NCBI GenBank assembly: GCA_016868575.1
Contig: VGGL01000002.1
Location: 1,703 to 65,702, forward strand
DNA length: 64,000 bases
Source: Bacteroidota bacterium
GTDB taxonomy: Bacteria > Bacteroidota > Bacteroidia > Bacteroidales > FEN-979
Direction: 5' to 3'
Below, in pieces: positions 34,402 to 42,637 of this stretch (within the stretch, counting starts at the first letter, position 1; each line of letters opens with the position of its first letter). The translations under genes were made by a program, and so were the position numbers. Under the pieces are notes generated by a model. The model searched no databases. It had not been told where the DNA came from and saw only the letters and a program-made list of their open reading frames with translations.

Positions 34402-35527
34402 GCTCTTGGAGTGCTTCTTTTTCCGGGATATTTTTCCGTTCCAGTTTTTGTTTCCGGTATAGGTTCACTTTCCCACCAACCCCTCCAACATAACCATAAT
34501 CAGCATCTGCCATCTCTCCGGGTCCATTCACCACACAACCCATGACGGCTATCTTCAACCCTGGCAAATGACTCATTGCAGCTTTTACCTGCTGAAGAAC
34601 CTGTTGGATGTCGAAATGTGTCCTGGCACAGGAAGGGCAGGCAATAAAGGTTGTCCGGGTAACCCTTACACCGACAGATTGAAGAATGTTGTAGGCAACC
34701 GGAATTTCGTTCACCGGATCTTCCGTGAGGGAAACCCTTATCGTATTGCCAATGCCATTTACGAGCAGACTCCCGATCCCGATGGCTGATCGGATCCTTC
34801 CATCTTCTCCATCTCCGGCCTCCGTGACCCCCAGATGCAATGGAAAATCCAACTGCTCTTTCTTCATCTGCCTGACCAGTAGCCTGTTGGCCTGGATCAT
34901 CAACCGGGTACTACTGGATTTGATCGACAACACCAGGTTATTAAAGCCCTGGTCGCGGCAAATCCGGGCATACTCCAGTGCCGATTCAACCATCCCTTCA
35001 GGGGTATCTCCAAAGCGTTCCAGGATCCGGGGTGATAACGACCCATGGTTGGTGCCGATCCGTATGGCTGTCCCGTTTTCCCGGCAAATGCGCAGCAGCG
35101 GTTGTATACGGGTAGCAATGCGTTCCAGTTCTGCTGAATATTCCGATGCATGGAAGCTTCGGCGTCTGGTAACAGCCTGTTTATCAGCATAATTACCCGG
35201 GTTCACCCGGACCTTTTCAACAATCGTAGCAGCGATTTCCGCGATTTTCGAATTGAAGTGGACATCTGCAATCAACGGTACGTTACAGCCGGCTTTCTTT
35301 AACTGCTTCCGGATGTTTTTAAGGTTCTCAGCTTCTTTCAAACCCGGCACACTGATCCTGACCAATTCGCATCCGGCTTCTTTTAACCGGATCACCTGCT
35401 CCACCGTTGACGACGTATCCATGGTATCCGTATTGGTCATCGACTGTACCCGAACCGGATATGTCCCTCCCACCGGAACATCCCCGATATTAACAACCCT
35501 TGTCCGAAATCGTTTGTATGATGTCAT
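34355..35527 (-). CDS. ispG: 4-hydroxy-3-methylbut-2-en-1-yl diphosphate synthase IspG
   Basis: VRVQSMTNTDT, IGTNHGSL and the CPSCAR...GCVVNGPGE Fe-S cysteine motifs. Confidence 0.95.
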   Translation of the reverse strand: MTSYKRFRTRVVNIGDVPVGGTYPVRVQSMTNTDTMDTSSTVEQVIRLKEAGCELVRISVPGLKEAENLKNIRKQLKKAGCNVPLIADVHFNSKIAEIAATIVEKVRVNPGNYADKQAVTRRRSFHASEYSAELERIATRIQPLLRICRENGTAIRIGTNHGSLSPRILERFGDTPEGMVESALEYARICRDQGFNNLVLSIKSSSTRLMIQANRLLVRQMKKEQLDFPLHLGVTEAGDGEDGRIRSAIGIGSLLVNGIGNTIRVSLTEDPVNEIPVAYNILQSVGVRVTRTTFIACPSCARTHFDIQQVLQQVKAAMSHLPGLKIAVMGCVVNGPGEMADADYGYVGGVGGKVNLYRKQKLERKNIPEKEALQELIQLIREGGDWKADH

Positions 35528-35623
35528 TCGCTGTTCGTTGCTCGTTGCTCGTTGCTCGTTATTTCGCTACTTCGCTACCTCATATCAAATCATCTTCGTC
35601 CTTCGTACCTCGTACTTCGTACT
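35528..35623. repeat. Intergenic spacer made almost entirely of three micro-arrays: (TTGCTCG-type 7-mer)x4, (TTCGCTAC)x2, (CTTCGTA-type 7-mer)x4
   Basis: Arrays lie at 35531-35558, 35563-35578 and 35594-35621. This is pyrimidine-rich on the + strand, so purine-rich in the tsaB-ispG transcript. Confidence 0.9.
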
Positions 35624-36343
35624 TTAAAGTAGTCCTTTAACCTTCGGTTTCCCGGCAACAAACTCTTTCAGGTAGTACGGTTCAAAACTGGCTAAATCTT
35701 CAAACAAGCCATCCTGGAGTAATTGATCTGCCTGTTCAGCCATATGGGCTGCCGAGATAAACTCTTTCTCGGGAAACAAGGCATTCGGATGTTCCTGGAA
35801 TAGCTCTCTGCATTTGGTGGCTCCGGTTCCAAAAAAGGCTGTTTTTCCTCTTTCAAGAAATGCATCAAAGGAATGCCGATCAACAATTTCTGCACAGATC
35901 TGCCGGACGAGGTTGACTTGCTGGTCATACACAGCGGAGTAAACTTCCATTCGCCGGGCATCAATCATTGGAATGATAAACTGAGCCTCTTTTATTTCCC
36001 GGGCGGCTCCCCATGCCATGCCCCGCAGTGTTGATATTGACAGGAGTGGAATGTCATGGGCAAAACAGAAGCCCTTGGCTACAGAAACGCCTATTCTGAG
36101 ACCCGTATATGACCCCGGGCCTTTGCTGACAATCACAGCAGCCGTTTCAGCAAATGATTTTCCTGTTTCACTGAAAACCTCTTGAATAAAGATTGTAAGC
36201 AGGGATGAATGGGCGTTTTTACCCGTATCTTCTTTCAGGGCTAAGATATCCCGGCCTTGCGCCAACGCCACCGAGCAAACAGGGGTGGCTGTTTCAATAC
36301 ACAGGATGAGGTCACTCTTTGGTGAAGAGTTCTTTTTTATCAA
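35624..36343 (-). CDS. tsaB: tRNA threonylcarbamoyladenosine biosynthesis protein TsaB
   Basis: ILCIETATPVCSVAL...GPGSYTGLRIGVS motifs. The only in-frame initiator is the TTG at 36343, which overlaps the upstream gene by 32 nt. Confidence 0.85.
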   Translation of the reverse strand: MIKKNSSPKSDLILCIETATPVCSVALAQGRDILALKEDTGKNAHSSLLTIFIQEVFSETGKSFAETAAVIVSKGPGSYTGLRIGVSVAKGFCFAHDIPLLSISTLRGMAWGAAREIKEAQFIIPMIDARRMEVYSAVYDQQVNLVRQICAEIVDRHSFDAFLERGKTAFFGTGATKCRELFQEHPNALFPEKEFISAAHMAEQADQLLQDGLFEDLASFEPYYLKEFVAGKPKVKGLL

Positions 36344-37679
36344 CTTTCTTAACTTTATCCTTGTCTTTCAGCTTTTTGGAGACCGCCGTATAGGGCGCTG
36401 TGATGATCTCGTCGCCCTCTTTAACCCCTTCTATGATTTCGATATAGGTGTTATCCTGTATGCCGGTTTTCACTTTCTGCATTTTGGCAATTCCATTCTC
36501 AAAAATATAAATGCACTCTTCAACTTCCTGGTTATCGGCATTGGTCTTTGTATACACCATCTCTTCTCCCTGTCCGCTGCTTTCTGCTTTGGGCTCATTT
36601 TTTATTTCGGTTGAATCTTTTTCAGTACGGGTCGTCACAGCCTGGATAGGTATGGATAGTACTTTCTCAACCCGCCGGGTCTGGATATCTACCGTACACG
36701 ACATGCCTGGCCTGAAGGGAGAGTATTCGGGATTTTCTTTAGGTATCAGGTCCTGATAGGAATCCTTCAGCAAGTGGATTTTCACATTAAAGTTGGTAAC
36801 CTGATCTGCCGAGGTTCCGACGGTGTTGGCTGAAGTGGCAATTTCCCTGACGACACCTTTGAATTTCCTGTTGAGGTAGGCATCGACTTCGATCAGCGCC
36901 GTGTCGCCTAATTTCACACGGATAATATCACTTTCGCTTACTTCAACAAGCGCCTCCATTTCATTCAGGTTCGAAATCCGCATGATCTCCGTGCCGCTTG
37001 AAAACTGTGAAGCGCCTGTAACCCGTTCTCCTTTTTCAACGCTGAGCCGGGAGACACGGCCATCACCGGGCGCTACAATCGTGGTCCGGGTCAGGTCATC
37101 CTTGGCTCGCTTTAAGGCTGCTTCGGAATTCTTGATCATGTATTCGGCTGCCCTGGCATCTTGCTGAGCGGATTCCAACTGGGCTTTGGCAACCTCGAAA
37201 TTGGCTTTGGCCACGTCATAATCGGCCTGTGAGATGACTCCCTGGTCAAACAGTTTTTTCTGCCGGTCAAAAGTCACCCGGGCATTCTCGTATTGCGCGT
37301 TGACTTGTGCCGTACGTGCCTCTGCATTCGACAGATTGGCTTTTTGTGTATTTAACGACGCAACGCTTTGATCATAAACAGCAACGTAGATTTCCGGATC
37401 GATCTTCGCCAGTAAGTCTCCCGCCTTGATCCGGTCCCCCTCCTTGACGTAAAGTTGTACTACTTCACCCGAAATGTAAGGACTGATCTTAACATCATTC
37501 TCGGGTTGGATTTTGCCATTGGCCGAGACGGTTTGCACGATGGTCCGTTTTTCCACTTTTTCGGTGCTTACATTGATCTCAACGCCAGATTTCTTTTTTA
37601 CAATAGCAATGATGATCAATACGGCAACCAGCAGACAGGAAACAAGGATGATCCATGTTTTTTTCTTCATCTTTTTCAT
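36312..37679 (-). CDS. Efflux transporter periplasmic adaptor (HlyD/MacA-like membrane fusion protein)
   Basis: N-terminal TM anchor, lipoyl/barrel-sandwich motifs, and a long coiled-coil hairpin (AQVNAQYENARVTFDRQKKLFDQGVISQADYD...). Confidence 0.85.
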   Translation of the reverse strand: MKKMKKKTWIILVSCLLVAVLIIIAIVKKKSGVEINVSTEKVEKRTIVQTVSANGKIQPENDVKISPYISGEVVQLYVKEGDRIKAGDLLAKIDPEIYVAVYDQSVASLNTQKANLSNAEARTAQVNAQYENARVTFDRQKKLFDQGVISQADYDVAKANFEVAKAQLESAQQDARAAEYMIKNSEAALKRAKDDLTRTTIVAPGDGRVSRLSVEKGERVTGASQFSSGTEIMRISNLNEMEALVEVSESDIIRVKLGDTALIEVDAYLNRKFKGVVREIATSANTVGTSADQVTNFNVKIHLLKDSYQDLIPKENPEYSPFRPGMSCTVDIQTRRVEKVLSIPIQAVTTRTEKDSTEIKNEPKAESSGQGEEMVYTKTNADNQEVEECIYIFENGIAKMQKVKTGIQDNTYIEIIEGVKEGDEIITAPYTAVSKKLKDKDKVKKVDKKELFTKE

Positions 37680-37703
37680 CGGCAGGAATGCTTTAAACTG
37701 TTA

Positions 37704-39140
37704 TCAATTCAGGGAAATGGGTTTGCCCATGTAGAAGTCGAGAATGGTTGTTTTAAATACAAAGTCATACCTGGCCTGGAGCAGCTCCAGTTGTGCCTGG
37801 GTCAGATCTTTCTTCGAGGTATTATAGTCGAAGGCGGTTATCATCCCGACCTCAAATTTCTGTTGGGCATATTTGTAGGCTTCCTCCTGGGCATCCACCC
37901 GGGACAAGGCGGCTTTGTGCTTTTTCTGGGCAGAGAGGGCGTCAGTGTATGCCTGTTCTATGGATTTGCGTAGGGTGTTTTTTTGCTGCTGAAGCGTATG
38001 CTCTGCCATGTCGGTGTATATCTTGGCCTGGCTGATGGCATTCCGGCTTTGCCAGCCATTGAAGATCGGGATACTTAAATAAAAGCCAAGTGTTTTGTTT
38101 TCATTATCTTTCAATTGATCTGAAAACGATTTTGTCCGCAGGGTTGGCAGGTAGTCAAAACCCATTACCGTATCCCCTGTTTGCCGTGTGATGCCGATGG
38201 GGTACATGTAGAGGCTGCTGGAGGCTACCTCTTTGCTGGCGCCGGAATAGCCGGTACCCCACGACCCTCCCACAGAAATGATAGGATATTGTGAACCTCT
38301 GGCAATGGCAATGGATCGTCTGGCGCTCTCCAGCTTCATCTCCGCGCTCTGGATCTCCGGACGATTTCCCAGGGCATATTGATAAATGGCCTCAGGAGGA
38401 AGGATTCCACGCTGATCTTCGACCGATCGCAACTGCGGCTTTACAATCCGGAATGAAGTATCCAAGGGCAGGTCGATGAGTTGCATCAGGCTAAGGTAAG
38501 AGATCCATAACCGATTTTGATTTTCAACAACTTGCATTTCTTCAGCCGTGGCCTGGGCTTCGATGTTGAGCAAATCACCGCGGGCAACAGCGCCGGCATC
38601 AACCAGCTGCCTGACCCGTCGCACCTGTTGCTTTGAAATATCAGCCTGGTTGTGAGCGATCTCTACCAGCTCCATGTTCATCAGGATTTCCAGGTAAAAA
38701 CCGGCCACCGCTAGGGAGATGTCATTTTCCAGGACACCAAGATCATACTGGGTGGCCATGAGGTCGATCTTCTTCTGCCGCATGGTGTTGATCTTTTGCA
38801 GCCCGTCAAACACCGTCAGGTTGCTTTGGATGGAAAAGCTGTTGGAGCGTACTTCGTTGACTGCAAAGGTGTTGGTGTACTGGTCGATGGTCTTACCCCA
38901 GTTATACACATGGGTAGCCCCGGCATTCAGGTCGGGTAGCAGGTTCAACTGGCTTTGCAACAGGTTGGCGCGGTTGACCTTGACGTTCAGTAGTTGCTTC
39001 TTGATGTCCAGGTTGTTCTCAATCGCATAGGTAATACAGTCGTTCAGCGTCCAGAGCTTTTGCGCCCTTAGACCGGAATGGAGAAGAAATGACAGGAAAA
39101 CGAAGAAGGATGCCAGAAAAAGGTTAACTGAAAATTTCAT
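37704..39140 (-). CDS. TolC family outer-membrane efflux protein
   Basis: Signal peptide and two OEP repeats (LTLNDCITYAIENNLDIK...). 478 aa. Confidence 0.85.
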   Translation of the reverse strand: MKFSVNLFLASFFVFLSFLLHSGLRAQKLWTLNDCITYAIENNLDIKKQLLNVKVNRANLLQSQLNLLPDLNAGATHVYNWGKTIDQYTNTFAVNEVRSNSFSIQSNLTVFDGLQKINTMRQKKIDLMATQYDLGVLENDISLAVAGFYLEILMNMELVEIAHNQADISKQQVRRVRQLVDAGAVARGDLLNIEAQATAEEMQVVENQNRLWISYLSLMQLIDLPLDTSFRIVKPQLRSVEDQRGILPPEAIYQYALGNRPEIQSAEMKLESARRSIAIARGSQYPIISVGGSWGTGYSGASKEVASSSLYMYPIGITRQTGDTVMGFDYLPTLRTKSFSDQLKDNENKTLGFYLSIPIFNGWQSRNAISQAKIYTDMAEHTLQQQKNTLRKSIEQAYTDALSAQKKHKAALSRVDAQEEAYKYAQQKFEVGMITAFDYNTSKKDLTQAQLELLQARYDFVFKTTILDFYMGKPISLN

Positions 39141-39268
39141 TGCTTGATCGCATTGATGATGTGGGAAAAACGAAAATATTTCCGTTTTGTTTCAATGGTC
39201 AAAAATATAGATAATCTTGATATGTGCAACCTGAAATCTTTCTACCTTCGTGGAAAAATCAAACCATC

Positions 39269-39619
39269 ATGAAAAGAATTGCATATTTGATCCTCGGGAT
39301 GCTTTTGGTTTCATCGTCCGTTTTGTGGATTACAGCCTGTGCAGATGAAGATGAAACAACCGGTGGGATCACGATCACAGTCGTTGACCGTTATGGGGTT
39401 CCTATTGTGGGTGAGGCCGTTTACCTGGCAAAGTCCATTGGGGCACTTTCTGATGGCAATTATTACGGCATTTACTATACCGATGCCGAAGGCAAAGTAA
39501 AGATCGTCGAGTTACCTCCCCATTATTACTGGTACGACACAGAGCACTATGACATCTACGGCGCCGCCCAGGTCCATGCCGGGATCATGACGTTTGTAAC
39601 GCTGTACGTAGTAGAGTGA
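39269..39619 (+). CDS. Small lipoprotein with an Ig/carboxypeptidase-regulatory-like beta domain
   Basis: MKRIAYLILGMLLVSSSVLWITAC lipobox, then ITITVVDRYGVPIVGEAVYL. A variant -7 box TACCTTCG lies at 39243. Confidence 0.65.
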   Translation: MKRIAYLILGMLLVSSSVLWITACADEDETTGGITITVVDRYGVPIVGEAVYLAKSIGALSDGNYYGIYYTDAEGKVKIVELPPHYYWYDTEHYDIYGAAQVHAGIMTFVTLYVVE

Positions 39620-39646
39620 ATAGTGAATAGTGAATAGTGAATAGTG
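39615..39646 (+). repeat. (AGTGAAT)x4.5 heptamer array that includes the lipoprotein stop codon
   Basis: Units start at 39615. The TGA stop (39617-39619) lies in unit 1. Stops occur in all three frames, and TTTTT follows. Confidence 0.9.
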
Positions 39647-39696
39647 TTTTTACAACTCTTCTCCTTTCAGGTAATTGTTCTTCTCCCTATTTAGCC

Positions 39697-39751
39697 AAGT
39701 CTGAAACCAAAAGTGCAAAGTGCAATATATTACACTTTGCACTTTAGACTT
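39697..39751. terminator. Long hairpin (arms contain AAGTGCA AAGTGCA heptamers), 8 nt downstream of the tRNA-Arg 3' end
   Basis: AAGTGCAAAGTGCAAT (39711-39726) pairs with ATTACACTTTGCACTT (39729-39744) with one C-A mismatch. There is an outer AAGTCT/AGACTT stem and no U-tract on either strand. Confidence 0.4.
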
Positions 39752-39758
39752 GTCGTCG

Positions 39759-39830
39759 TAGCCCCGCCGGGAATCGAACCTGGATCTGAAGTTTAGGAAA
39801 CGTCTGTTCTATCCGTTGAACTACAGGGCC
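39759..39830 (-). tRNA. tRNA-Arg (anticodon CCU), with two non-Watson-Crick stem pairs
   Basis: GGCCCTG TA GTTC AACGGATA GAAC A GACGT TTCCTAA ACTTC AGAT CCAGG TTCGATT CCCGG CGGGGCT A. The cloverleaf folds, but there is a C-U pair in the anticodon stem, an A-C pair in the T stem, and two G-U pairs in the acceptor stem. Confidence 0.7.
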
Positions 39831-39835
39831 GTTTA

Positions 39836-39887
39836 CCCCCACCCCCAAACCCCTCCCCCAATTGGGGGAGGGGCAGGGGAGGGGGTG
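39836..39887. repeat. G/C-rich palindromic element, copy C (short form) between the promoter box and tRNA-Arg
   Basis: CCCCCACCCCCAAACCCCTCCCCCAA TTGGGGGAGGGGCAGGGGAGGGGGTG. The inner 12 bp are perfectly palindromic. Confidence 0.85.
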
Positions 39888-39895
39888 CAAAGGTA
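39888..39895 (-). promoter_or_regulatory. -7 promoter box TACCTTTG, displaced 58 nt from the tRNA-Arg 5' end by repeat copy C
   Basis: The reverse complement of caaaggta matches exactly. The other two tRNAs have their box 11-14 nt from the mature 5' end. Confidence 0.45.
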
Positions 39896-39933
39896 TAAAA
39901 ATTGAATCGAAGGGTTTGAGGTGAAAATACGAA

Positions 39934-41565
39934 TTACTTCCCTTCCGCCGGCAGCAGATCTTTCGTCTTCAGCTTTGCCGGCTTGAATATGCCAAGCGCC
40001 CCGTTAATTCCAACGCTCATGATGATATTATAGAGGAAAGCAAGAAATGCCAACAGCAGAAATACCCCGCAAATGCCAGCAAGGATCATGTAAATATTGA
40101 ATTCTCCATCGACATAGATTGCACGCCTCAGCATACCTTTCAAACCAGCCATACCCATAAAAGCCCCCATGCCGATCCCCCCAAGAAGATGTGCCCAAAA
40201 GTGGAAATTGGCGAGTTTCTGACTATACCATTTCGCCCCGTTGGTAAGGATAGGGAATAAGAAGTATATCGCAGCATAAAGAGTCATGGTCAAGCCGACC
40301 AGCACGGCAACATGCACATGTGGACCTACTACCCATTGGGTGTTGTGAAGAATCCGGTTCAACCCGAGATCAGCCTGCAAAATTCCACAGGGAACAGCTA
40401 GGGCAAACCCCAGTAAGCCCCCAAGTAGGAACTTCAATGGGTTGGTCATCTTTAAAGGCCGGGCACTCCATAAAGTAACCAGGGTAATGAAAAACGCCAA
40501 CCCCTGGGTGACTAGCTCGAAAGCAGTAACCATTTCGCCGGAGACAACCTTCAGGATGCCCGGTTGTGCCTGATCCGATAACAGGTGATGAGACCAAACG
40601 GTCCATGAAACAACCAGTTCCACAAACAAAGCTGCACGCGCCCAATTCTCCATAAATAACTTCTTTCCGGTGATAAGCGTGGCAAGAAGATACCAGGCAC
40701 CGGCCACGAAAATCAGCACCGCACCGTCTGCGATCAGATCCAACCCCCACCAAAACCAGTTCTTGTATAGCAATGCATCAATGGCCGTAGATTTCAGGCT
40801 AATGCCTCCAATTTCCCAAAGCATGTAAATAAGAATAAGTACGCCGGTAAAAGTGATGATCAGCGCATTGAGCAGAATATCGACCGTCCCTCTTGCGATA
40901 GCCGCCACCGGAAGTGGTACCAGGTGTTCTTTTTTGTTCTTTCGGAAAATATTCTGTGAACCACTTATCCCAAGCGCCGATATCAATAACGCCCCGGCAG
41001 GTTGTTTATCCCACCCATCAGGTGTGTAGACGATGGTTTTAAAAATATTCACCACAAAAATCAGCGTGCCAACCATGATCAGCGCAATTCCAAAGATGAA
41101 AACCGCTCCGCCAACTGCACTGAACTGGGTGAAATCTGCCGGTAAAGGCCAGTAGAGGGTGTATAAGGGGGCATAGTGTGAGAGGAAACCGGCAGACCAC
41201 ATCACAATAGTTCCAATGGTAATCAGAAAGAAAGTCCAGTTGGCCGCTTTGATACTCCACAACGGCTTCTTCATCAGAAAAGGAACCAGGAATAAAAACG
41301 CACCAAAAACAATCATATATGTAGACCCAAAAATGCCGACCAGCGGATGGGCGGTCATCATGGCAAAGAAATGTTTCTCGTTCATTATCGGAATGGGCGT
41401 GATCTCATAGATCCGCATGATCATCCCTTCAATGGCCGCAAACGCATAGTAAACAAGTCCAACCACCACAAACCGGAGGGTGATCTTCTGCATAGGGGTA
41501 AGTGTATCTGCCTTGAATATCCCCTGTTCTCCATTTAGCAAAGTATTTATGTAATTCATATTCAT
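39934..41565 (-). CDS. Heme-copper oxidase superfamily subunit I homologue with a non-canonical active site (putative gNOR-like NO reductase)
   Basis: 12-TM protein. It has H73 (TAHPLVG), H326-H327 (VWSHHLL) and H416/H418 (GPHVHV). Helix VI reads WFWWGLDLIADG instead of W(F/W)xGHP(E/I)VY. No His occurs between residues 254 and 325. Confidence 0.8.
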   Translation of the reverse strand: MNMNYINTLLNGEQGIFKADTLTPMQKITLRFVVVGLVYYAFAAIEGMIMRIYEITPIPIMNEKHFFAMMTAHPLVGIFGSTYMIVFGAFLFLVPFLMKKPLWSIKAANWTFFLITIGTIVMWSAGFLSHYAPLYTLYWPLPADFTQFSAVGGAVFIFGIALIMVGTLIFVVNIFKTIVYTPDGWDKQPAGALLISALGISGSQNIFRKNKKEHLVPLPVAAIARGTVDILLNALIITFTGVLILIYMLWEIGGISLKSTAIDALLYKNWFWWGLDLIADGAVLIFVAGAWYLLATLITGKKLFMENWARAALFVELVVSWTVWSHHLLSDQAQPGILKVVSGEMVTAFELVTQGLAFFITLVTLWSARPLKMTNPLKFLLGGLLGFALAVPCGILQADLGLNRILHNTQWVVGPHVHVAVLVGLTMTLYAAIYFLFPILTNGAKWYSQKLANFHFWAHLLGGIGMGAFMGMAGLKGMLRRAIYVDGEFNIYMILAGICGVFLLLAFLAFLYNIIMSVGINGALGIFKPAKLKTKDLLPAEGK

Positions 41566-41594
41566 ATACTTTTAATCGTTCATAATTCTTTTGA

Positions 41595-42143
41595 TCACTC
41601 TGTGACTTCCACAGCATCTTTAACAACCATGTATGCACCTTTGGGACCTGAATACTCCGTTGAACGGATGCTATAAATCCCGGGTTCCCCGAATTGCCAA
41701 AGGATATCGTTGATATGTCCCGGGAGAACCTGCATTTGGAGTACCATGGTATGATCCGGGCGGAAGAGTCCGAAACCATACGTGAGATCGGTTGAAGTAA
41801 CCTTGAAAAGGACTTTTTCGCTGGTTTTTATGATCATCTTTTCAGCAGGCAGCTGAAATTGATGGTTGCTAACCGTGATCTCGAAGACCTTATCCGGTTT
41901 TATATCCGCCCGGTTCAGGTCCATCGGTGACCACGGAATCGTGTTATAGGTGAAGAGATGCAGCGTAACGCCCAGAACTGCCAGCATGATCACCCATGTG
42001 TAGAATATGGATGGTTTAACCAGTCCACCTCTTCCCTGACGTGTAATCCGGTAACTGAACCACGCAACCAGGGAAATAATAAGAATGGAGTAAGTGGTGT
42101 AAACCACGATTAATCCATTCAGTACGTCATTTGAATCTGCCAT
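41595..42143 (-). CDS. Heme-copper oxidase subunit II-like cupredoxin protein lacking CuA ligands
   Basis: Two N-terminal TM helices plus a cupredoxin domain. The site aligning to CxExCGxxHxxM reads STEYSGPKGAYM, and the upstream His is replaced (TYGFG). It is preceded by an AGGAGGT Shine-Dalgarno sequence. Confidence 0.75.
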   Translation of the reverse strand: MADSNDVLNGLIVVYTTYSILIISLVAWFSYRITRQGRGGLVKPSIFYTWVIMLAVLGVTLHLFTYNTIPWSPMDLNRADIKPDKVFEITVSNHQFQLPAEKMIIKTSEKVLFKVTSTDLTYGFGLFRPDHTMVLQMQVLPGHINDILWQFGEPGIYSIRSTEYSGPKGAYMVVKDAVEVTE

Positions 42144-42176
42144 AGAGACCTCCTTTTGTATTTATTAAATGGTGAA

Positions 42177-42608
42177 TTATTTATTACTCATTTCCGTTTG
42201 AATATTTCCAGGTGATTTTGCCAGATCTTGTATGGTTGTGGAGGAAGAAGTATTCAGCATGGTTTTTCTGATCTCCCCCCAGACATCGTGCATGGCACAT
42301 ACAGGGGAGAGCCGGCAGTCGGTAACACCCAGAATGCATGCATTGAATGATTCTAGTCCTTCAACGGCCTCAATAACGCCAGAAAGAAATATTTGATTGG
42401 CCGGACGGGCCAGGATAAACCCGCCACTTCTTCCACGTTTCCCCTTGATAAACCCTTGCTTCGCCAAGGTCGTCATCAACCGTTTCAGGTAACGCTCTTT
42501 GATCTTGAGTTGTCGGAACAGGATTGTCGCGGTAGTGGCCTCCTTTTCATTTCTTGCCATGGCTTGGAGAATCCTGATAGCGTAAGATGTTGTTTTTGAG
42601 ATAATCAT
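42177..42608 (-). CDS. Rrf2 family transcriptional regulator (IscR/NsrR-like, probable Fe-S cluster ligands)
   Basis: N-terminal wHTH (TSYAIRIL...) and C91-x6-C98-x5-C104-x2-H107, like the IscR ligand set. Confidence 0.85.
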   Translation of the reverse strand: MIISKTTSYAIRILQAMARNEKEATTATILFRQLKIKERYLKRLMTTLAKQGFIKGKRGRSGGFILARPANQIFLSGVIEAVEGLESFNACILGVTDCRLSPVCAMHDVWGEIRKTMLNTSSSTTIQDLAKSPGNIQTEMSNK

Positions 42609-42611
42609 AAA

Positions 42612-42629
42612 TAATACCTTCAGGTATTA
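42612..42629. promoter_or_regulatory. Perfect 8+8 palindrome TAATACCT-tc-AGGTATTA (candidate Rrf2 operator)
   Basis: It lies between the -7 box (42638-42645) and the Rrf2 ATG (42608), at about the transcription start. Confidence 0.5.
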
Positions 42630-42637
42630 ATATTTGA

